Assembly (NCBI GenBank): GCA_037443035.1
Contig: JBBIPC010000004.1
Span: forward strand, 154,914-218,913
Length of the DNA: 64,000 nt
Direction: 5' to 3'
Source of the DNA: Chthonomonadales bacterium
Lineage (GTDB): Bacteria; Armatimonadota; Chthonomonadetes; Chthonomonadales; CAJBBX01
Within the stretch, counting starts at the first letter, position 1; each line of letters opens with the position of its first letter. The notes under the pieces are model-generated. The model worked only from the letters and a program-made list of their open reading frames with translations, made no database searches and was not told the DNA's origin. The position numbers were made by a program, and so were the translations under genes. Shown one piece after another: positions 49,518 through 55,807 of the stretch.

Positions 49518-51437
49518 CTAGCGAGCACCCGGGCCCATGGTTTCCACTCGCTTGCGGAATTCCTCCATGGTCTCGGCGTATTCAGCCGCTTTGCCCTGCT
49601 CCTTGCGCTTGGCCCAATTACGCCGATAGAAGCCGTCCAGCGGTCCCTCGGATGGAGGTCGGTAGGCCCGGTCTTCTTGGAACGTGTAGACCACGATGGA
49701 GTGATCAGGCAAGACTGGACACTGGTACTCGCAAATGCCGCAGCCGGTGCATAGCCTTTCATCCACTGTTGGCACTCGCTTCATGCGGCCCTTGTTGCCA
49801 GGGTCCGTGATGGAACGGGATGGATCCTTAGGCAGCGCGTCGTCCCAGACGTCCCGAAAGACCACAGCGGAATACGGGCACACCTCTGCGCATACCACGC
49901 AGTCCCTACCACCATTCCACGCAATGCACGTGCTCCGATTGACGTTGGCGACGCCCAGCTTCAGCTTATAGCGCTTATCGTAACGTGTGAACGGCCGGAT
50001 GGCACGGGTAGGACATACGTCGCCGCAGGCTGTACAAGCTTCCGCACATGGGCCGATGCTGGGTACGAGAATCGGCGTCCAAATGCCCTCAGGCCCTGTC
50101 TCCAGCAGGGCGGGCTGTAGGGCATTGGTGGGACATACTTTCATACACTCTGCGCAGCGGGTGCACGCAGCCAGGAATTGCTTCTCGGGCAAGGCTCCGG
50201 GCGGGCGCATTGCCTTGTTGTTGCGTGGATAGCGCCGCATGACACCGAGGTAATTCCCAGCCGAGCTTCTCGCTTGGGATCCGAGAAGAAGTCCCGCCCC
50301 GAGCGAAGCGAGAACATGGCGTCGCCCCATGTCAATAGCCCCCTGAGGCGTGGGTCTGGCAGCCGTGCCCTTGGGCACCCAACCGAACGCTTCCTTCACG
50401 GCAGCGGGCACCTGGGCCTTGATCTGGATTACGTCCGGCGGGCAGATTGTCTCGCACCGGAAGCACTGAATGCACTCGGAGATGTTATGCTCCACCGGCC
50501 CCGACGGATTGCGCGCCAGATTCTCGTAGCTGCCCATCCGGCTCTGCAGCTCGCACTTCCGGCAATGGATACAACCACCCATGTCAATGTAATGCCGCAG
50601 CCAACTTACCCGAGAAATGAGCGCCAAGAGTCCACCGAACGGACACAGATTGCGACACCAGAATCGCTCCTGGTACGCGGATAGAGCCAGGATTCCCATA
50701 AAGATCGCGAGCACTGGCAAGGCGTTGTAGAAGACCATGGGCTGCATGTGCCAGCCGGTCATGTCCAGACCCGTCAGCATGAAGACAAGCCGCGGTAAGC
50801 CCACAGCGTCCGCCAATGCCATCAGGCCGTTCCACACGTAGGCGATGGGGCCGTAGAAGCAGAACGTGAAAGTGCGCGTGATCAGGGAGATGGGATCGCC
50901 GAAAGTCAGGACATCCACACCGAACGCCAACGCCCCTAGACCGATGAGCAGATAAGCGTATTTCCAGTTGCGGTATCGGCGTGTCTCGTTCCTCTTGCCC
51001 CGATAGAAGAGACGGCCAGGGCGGTACAAGAAGCGATCGGCTATATCTATCGTGGTACCCAGGGGACATATCCACCCGCAGAAGATGCGCCCGCCCCAGA
51101 GGGTTAGCAATAGGATGAAGAGACCCGGTCCGATGGCGTATACCGCGACGTGGTGCGATGCGATGCCATTCTTCAGAGTATTCAAGAAGTCCATCGTCAT
51201 GAACAGGTTCTTCGGGATACCTGCCCATGACTGCATCGTTACCGTTGTCAGGAAGAAGAAGGCAATGAACAGCAGGAAGGTCGTGACCTGCGTCGCGCGT
51301 CGCCATCGGACGATCCTGTGAGCCGCAGGATTGCCTGGAGCTGCCGCCATTCGTCGCTTCTGCTCAGGCGTTAGGTTCTTCGAGGCCACAACGGTGGCGC
51401 TAGCTGGAGAGCCGCTGTCCCTGTCTGCCACCGTCAA
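49518..51437 (-). CDS. Membrane-bound polyferredoxin: NapH-like domain fused to a NapG-like 4x[4Fe-4S] domain
   Basis: TM segments with two CxxxCP motifs (CGWICPLG, CRNLCPFG) and the cluster motif CIQCFRCETICP. An internal GRRHVLASLGAGLLLGS segment follows, then CTRCAECMKVCP, CAEACTACGDVCP, C..CVVCAEVCP and CTGCGICEYQCP. The start is TTG 51437 (TTGA overlap with the upstream gene) or ATG 51350. Confidence 0.72.
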   Translation of the reverse strand: MTVADRDSGSPASATVVASKNLTPEQKRRMAAAPGNPAAHRIVRWRRATQVTTFLLFIAFFFLTTVTMQSWAGIPKNLFMTMDFLNTLKNGIASHHVAVYAIGPGLFILLLTLWGGRIFCGWICPLGTTIDIADRFLYRPGRLFYRGKRNETRRYRNWKYAYLLIGLGALAFGVDVLTFGDPISLITRTFTFCFYGPIAYVWNGLMALADAVGLPRLVFMLTGLDMTGWHMQPMVFYNALPVLAIFMGILALSAYQERFWCRNLCPFGGLLALISRVSWLRHYIDMGGCIHCRKCELQSRMGSYENLARNPSGPVEHNISECIQCFRCETICPPDVIQIKAQVPAAVKEAFGWVPKGTAARPTPQGAIDMGRRHVLASLGAGLLLGSQARSSAGNYLGVMRRYPRNNKAMRPPGALPEKQFLAACTRCAECMKVCPTNALQPALLETGPEGIWTPILVPSIGPCAEACTACGDVCPTRAIRPFTRYDKRYKLKLGVANVNRSTCIAWNGGRDCVVCAEVCPYSAVVFRDVWDDALPKDPSRSITDPGNKGRMKRVPTVDERLCTGCGICEYQCPVLPDHSIVVYTFQEDRAYRPPSEGPLDGFYRRNWAKRKEQGKAAEYAETMEEFRKRVETMGPGAR

Positions 51438-52453
51438 GCACCTCTTGCCCCCGCCACTTCGCGAATCCTCAGCCGGTCAGGATCGATCTCCCCTCGCCCT
51501 AGTCGGTTGGCCAGCATGAGATGCGGCACCTGGTCCGGAGTAACACCCTTCACAGTCAGGTACCGAGTACAGTAGCTGTCTACCGCCACAGGATCGATGC
51601 CCACCACCACCTGATTGGGCACAGTCACTTCTCCAGGACCTTTCGGTCCGCGCGTCTGAAGGACTCGGGTTGCATCGGCAACAATGAGTGTTGGCCGGAC
51701 CGCCATGTTCAGCTCCGCGATGCAGTCGTGCAACCCGTACCGATGGTAATCCTTGCGGTTCCAGATGTTACCCATGAGTTTCTTCATGGAAATCGTGATG
51801 ACAGAGGCCTCATGATCCTTGACGATGGGCACGCAGATGAATGCGTCGCATTCGGCGACTTCACGTGGGATCTTCTGCAGGATTCGGTTCACCGCGTGGC
51901 ATGCTTCGTAGTTCTCACCATCGACTGTCGTCCTTGGCACATACGACTCGATAGCCATGTCCCGGTACATGGCGACATCCGTGGGAGAGAGGAGGGTGGC
52001 ACGGGTGCCACGGACGGCTTGACGTGCTCCGCAGATGTCGAACGCCAACTTCCAGTCGTCCAGCGTGTAGTCCACGCAGGTGATGCGGGCGGCACCTGCT
52101 CTTTCGCAGAGCTGCACGATGCGCCGAAGCACCTCGGGATGGGTAGCTGCAGCCTGGTCAGGTGTGCGCATCCAGCCCATGTTCGGACTGATGACTACAC
52201 GGTCTCCTCGCTTGACGAATTTCTCGATGCCCCCGAACTCGTCAATTGCGCGCTCGGTAATGTCGCCGTAGGACGATGGATCGCCTTCCACGACGACAAG
52301 ATCGAACCCATTGGGCTTGCTTCCTTGCCGAATCCGTGGGCGTGCCGGAGCAGCACTGTCGAAGTACGTCAAGCTGTACAGCCCGCCCAGCAGTATGGCT
52401 CCACCAGCGATTTCCAGGGCCCGCCGTCGGGTTACGCCCTTGGTCTCAGGCAT
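51434..52453 (-). CDS. DUF362 domain protein with a twin-arginine signal
   Basis: N-terminal TRRRALEIAGGAILLG. The DUF362-like core includes VVISPNMGW...THPEVLRRIVQLCERAGA. GGAGG lies 9 nt upstream of the ATG. Confidence 0.7.
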   Translation of the reverse strand: MPETKGVTRRRALEIAGGAILLGGLYSLTYFDSAAPARPRIRQGSKPNGFDLVVVEGDPSSYGDITERAIDEFGGIEKFVKRGDRVVISPNMGWMRTPDQAAATHPEVLRRIVQLCERAGAARITCVDYTLDDWKLAFDICGARQAVRGTRATLLSPTDVAMYRDMAIESYVPRTTVDGENYEACHAVNRILQKIPREVAECDAFICVPIVKDHEASVITISMKKLMGNIWNRKDYHRYGLHDCIAELNMAVRPTLIVADATRVLQTRGPKGPGEVTVPNQVVVGIDPVAVDSYCTRYLTVKGVTPDQVPHLMLANRLGRGEIDPDRLRIREVAGARGA

Positions 52454-52503
52454 GTGGTGTCACCTCCTCTCCACTCCGGCCCGTCGAGGGTGTGATACTC
52501 CCC

Positions 52504-52522
52504 CTGCGGTGGTCCACCGCAG
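52504..52522. repeat. 19-nt perfect inverted repeat CTGCGGTGG-T-CCACCGCAG inside the redox cluster
   Basis: Read directly. It lies in the 126-nt gap between the secreted hypothetical gene and the DUF362 gene. There is no U-tract on the transcribed (minus) strand. Confidence 0.4.
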
Positions 52523-52579
52523 TTCTAGTAGATCGGCGGACCGCCATGCGTGCCGCCTGTCCGTCTGCATGCATCCCAA

Positions 52580-53479
52580 TCAGCGCAAGCCTGCAACCGC
52601 TTCCCTGAGGAGTTTGACAGCGGCCTCCTTCTCCTTGGCACGCACGACTCCAACGACGTAACGTCCCTTCTGGGCCACAGCGACATTCTTCGCGTAGCGG
52701 TCGAGCACCGTGAATGCAGCATCACCTGCTCCCGCCATGGCCGCCAGTCCTGTGCCATTCTTCTGCTCGTAGGTCCGATACTTCCCAAAGGCTGCTTTCG
52801 CGGCTGCCGGGTTAGCATAGGTCGCGATGAATACTTCTGCACCGAAACCAGCCTGCGGGTAGCGAGCCGTCACGGCGTTGGTCAGGTAGGATTGCCCCGC
52901 GACGCCTGAGCGAACGAACTTCTCCGACCGTGGCTGACGACCTTTCGGTAGCGCCATGACCTGCGCCGGCAAGGTCTTTGGCGCCGTGATGCGCTTCTCA
53001 GTCGCGCTCGCAAGAGCGGTCAGAGCTGCTTGGTGCGCGGGGTCTACCTTGACGATAGTGCAGCGTACGACAAACGGACCTCTCCAGAAGTTCAGACCTG
53101 ACGATGAGATTCTGACGCCTTCCGTGCCAACGGGAACAACCTTGCCGCTCTGGCGATCGCTTCCGAACACGCCGAAGGCGTTGAGGTCGTCGCGCATCTG
53201 GAAGACGTCTACCGTCAGGCTAGGCTTGGATTGGCCATCTGGGGCGTACTCACCATGGGCGCACTGGACGAAGTCGTAGGCCAGGATCGCCTCAGCCTCG
53301 CCGTCGATGAGGTCGAACAGGTTCCTCGCGGTGTAAATGCGCGGAGAACCAACCATTTTCCAGCCCTTTGCAGCACTAGGCGGAGGAAGAATGCTCTTCG
53401 CGTCCTGCGCCGCAAACGTCGCCACGGTAGCCATGAGCAGGCAGGCTACGCTGGCAGTGTGAAGTATCAAGCGAGCCAT
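52580..53479 (-). CDS. Secreted hypothetical protein
   Basis: ATG 53479 gives the signal peptide MARLILHTASVACLLMATVATFAAQD. The track extension to 53707 overlaps the upstream gene by 240 nt and was discarded. I recognise no motifs. Confidence 0.55.
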   Translation of the reverse strand: MARLILHTASVACLLMATVATFAAQDAKSILPPPSAAKGWKMVGSPRIYTARNLFDLIDGEAEAILAYDFVQCAHGEYAPDGQSKPSLTVDVFQMRDDLNAFGVFGSDRQSGKVVPVGTEGVRISSSGLNFWRGPFVVRCTIVKVDPAHQAALTALASATEKRITAPKTLPAQVMALPKGRQPRSEKFVRSGVAGQSYLTNAVTARYPQAGFGAEVFIATYANPAAAKAAFGKYRTYEQKNGTGLAAMAGAGDAAFTVLDRYAKNVAVAQKGRYVVGVVRAKEKEAAVKLLREAVAGLR

Positions 53480-54681
53480 TGCCGGGCCTCTGCGATGCGC
53501 TGCGGAATGGGTATGTCGAACGGGCATGCCTCGGTACACAGGTTGCAGGTCTTGCAGCGGTCGGACCAGCGGGCCTCCGGAGGTAGCTCTGCGTAGAGGC
53601 TGCGAGCGTATTCCGGCCAGCCGTAGTATCTGTGGTACATGCGGTAATGCAGAATGGACGCGATGGCGAGCTTCTCCGGGCATGCCGATTGGCACGTGTG
53701 ACCACACCCTCTGCAGTAATCCGAGCTTATGGCCGCCGCATAACGCTGAAGCAGGTCCTCGTCTGCCTCGGTTAGCTTCGTCAGCGTCGCCTGGATGGCT
53801 TCATCCTGGGCGGTAGCATCCACACCGATCCGCGTATTCACGACCGTTGCGGCACCCTTGCTCAGAGCCCAGCGAATGTTGGCCTGGAAGACGTTCCACT
53901 TCTGTCCGGCAAGTTCCTGAGGAATACTTGCATTGTTGGGCTGGGTCTTCATCGCCACGACACCGATGTTCTTCTGTTTGGCAAGATCCAGCAGCGCCGG
54001 CAGGTTCGCCGTATCGTAATCCAAGTAGTTCATGCGCACAAGGATGACGTCGAATTGCCCTTTGTTGATCGCGTACTGCAGGTACTTGCTCCGCTGGCCA
54101 TCATGCGAGGTGGCTCCGAAGAAGCGAACCTTGCCGGCTTTTCGAGCCGCCGCCATGGCTTCGTAGAGCGCGGGGTTGTCGAGCCGGTTCGTACCGTTAT
54201 CGCCTGCGACGTGACCGGCACCAAGCCAATGAAGCTGCATGACGTCCACATAATCCGTGCCGAGTCTCCTGAGGCTGCGATCCAGCGAAGCCAAGATCTC
54301 CTCCTTCGTGCTTGCCGGACCCGCATCCCACTTCGTCGCGATGATGAGCTTCTTCCGCAAGCCCTTGTTGGAGCGCAGCGCCTCTCCGATGATGTCCTCG
54401 CTGGGACCATAGCAGATGGACGTATCGAGATAGTTGATGCCCAGATCCACGGCACGGGCAATCATGTCTACATGCTGAGATCGAAGCCCCCCTGCGCCTA
54501 TGCCGACGGCTGAGACCTTGAGCTTCGTTCTACCGAGCGTGCGGTAGAGTCCCACCTTCGCTGTTTGGGCCTGTGCAGAATCCTCCGCGCCGCCGAGGGC
54601 TGCAGCACCCGCAACGATTGCTCCGGCAGAGGCGCTCCGCAGAAGATCCCGCCGCGATATACCTTTCTTGTCCGAGTCCAT
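53467..54681 (-). CDS. Tat-signal aldo/keto reductase with C-terminal Fe-S cluster motifs
   Basis: SRRDLLRSASAGAIVAGAAALG leader, AKR core (LGINYLDTSICYG, ATKW, DVMQLHW), and C-terminal CRGCGHTCQSACP and CKTCNLCTEACP. ATG 54681 has AAGGAG 8 nt upstream. Confidence 0.78.
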   Translation of the reverse strand: MDSDKKGISRRDLLRSASAGAIVAGAAALGGAEDSAQAQTAKVGLYRTLGRTKLKVSAVGIGAGGLRSQHVDMIARAVDLGINYLDTSICYGPSEDIIGEALRSNKGLRKKLIIATKWDAGPASTKEEILASLDRSLRRLGTDYVDVMQLHWLGAGHVAGDNGTNRLDNPALYEAMAAARKAGKVRFFGATSHDGQRSKYLQYAINKGQFDVILVRMNYLDYDTANLPALLDLAKQKNIGVVAMKTQPNNASIPQELAGQKWNVFQANIRWALSKGAATVVNTRIGVDATAQDEAIQATLTKLTEADEDLLQRYAAAISSDYCRGCGHTCQSACPEKLAIASILHYRMYHRYYGWPEYARSLYAELPPEARWSDRCKTCNLCTEACPFDIPIPQRIAEARQWLA

Positions 54682-54701
54682 CGTCCTGTCTCCTTCCCTA
54701 C

Positions 54702-55700
54702 TCATATCCATCGGGCATTCGGGCCGAAGTCGGCCTCATAGTATTGACTGACGTGAGTGCCCTGTGGTACCAGCTTGTCGATCCGAGCCATGTCTTTGTC
54801 GTCCAGCACCACGTCCAGCGCCTTGAGGTTGTCCTCGAGCTGTTCCGGTGACCGGGGTCCTATGATGGGGGCCGTCACGCCCGGTCGCCGCAGACACCAT
54901 GCGAGGCTCAGCGCAGACGGGGTTGTGCCTTTCGCACGGGCCATCTTGCATACGCCCTGGATCACTCGAAATGCTTCTCTTGTCGCCCGTGTGTCCGGCA
55001 GTCCTTTCTCGTACCGCGAACCTGCCGGCCCACCCTTTGCATCATTGTACTTGCCTGTCAGCAACCCCCCAGCCAGGGGTGACCACGGTAAGATAGCTAT
55101 GCCATACGTCTGAGCACACGGGAGTAGCTCCCGCTCGATGCGTCGATCCAGTATGTTGTACGGCGGCTGCTCTGACACGAAACGATTCAGTCCGAGAGCC
55201 TGGGATGCCCAAAGCGCCTCCACGACCTGCCACGCAGCGAAGGTGCTCGTCCCGATATAGCGGACCTTCCCGGCGCGGATCAGGTCGTCCAATGCGCGGA
55301 GCGTCTCGTCTATCGGCACCTGTGGCTGCGGACGGTGAATCTGGTAGAGATCTATGTAGTCAGTCCGTAGCCGGCGGAGCGACGAGTCGCATTGCTCGAT
55401 AATGTGGCGACGGTGGTTGCCCCACGCGTTCGGGTTGTCGTCTGCCATGCGCCCATGCACTTTCGTGGCAAGAAAGACCCTGTCCCGGCGGTTATCCATC
55501 GAGAGAGCCTTGCCGGTGATCTCTTCGCTTGCTCCGCGTCCGTAGACGTTGGCTGTGTCGACAAAGTTGATGCCGGCGTCCATGGCCCGGTGTATCGTCC
55601 GGATGGACGTCTCTTCATCGGTACCCCATCCGAAGTTCATGCAGCCCAGGCACAAGGCACTGACCTGCACGCCTGTACGGCCGAAAGCGCGATACTCCAT
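54702..55700 (-). CDS. Aldo/keto reductase (cytoplasmic type)
   Basis: GINFVDTANVYG, LATKV, IDLYQIHRP and IGTSTF motifs with no signal peptide. GGAGG lies 9 nt upstream of the ATG. Confidence 0.88.
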   Translation of the reverse strand: MEYRAFGRTGVQVSALCLGCMNFGWGTDEETSIRTIHRAMDAGINFVDTANVYGRGASEEITGKALSMDNRRDRVFLATKVHGRMADDNPNAWGNHRRHIIEQCDSSLRRLRTDYIDLYQIHRPQPQVPIDETLRALDDLIRAGKVRYIGTSTFAAWQVVEALWASQALGLNRFVSEQPPYNILDRRIERELLPCAQTYGIAILPWSPLAGGLLTGKYNDAKGGPAGSRYEKGLPDTRATREAFRVIQGVCKMARAKGTTPSALSLAWCLRRPGVTAPIIGPRSPEQLEDNLKALDVVLDDKDMARIDKLVPQGTHVSQYYEADFGPNARWI

Positions 55701-55731
55701 CTCTGCGAACCTCCGGAAGCGTAGTTGTCAT

Positions 55732-55740
55732 AGTATAACA
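55732..55740 (-). promoter_or_regulatory. Extended -10 promoter candidate for the AKR/redox cluster
   Basis: On the minus strand this reads TGT-TATACT, about 30 nt upstream of the AKR ATG. There is no good -35. Confidence 0.3.
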
Positions 55741-55772
55741 TCGTGGAACGAACGCGAGTAGAAGACCGTCCG

Positions 55773-55802
55773 TTGACTACAGGACACGATCTGACCTACA
55801 AT
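55773..55802 (+). promoter_or_regulatory. Near-consensus sigma70 promoter abutting the PBP1A start codon (leaderless configuration)
   Basis: TTGACT-N18-TACAAT followed by CCACC and then ATG (55808). There is no room for a Shine-Dalgarno sequence. Confidence 0.55.
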
Positions 55803-55807
55803 CCACC

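Noticed and set aside
53480-53707. An N-terminal extension of the secreted hypothetical protein ORF.
   Set aside because: It overlaps the Fe-S domain coding region of the upstream AKR gene by 240 nt. ATG 53479 gives a canonical signal peptide.
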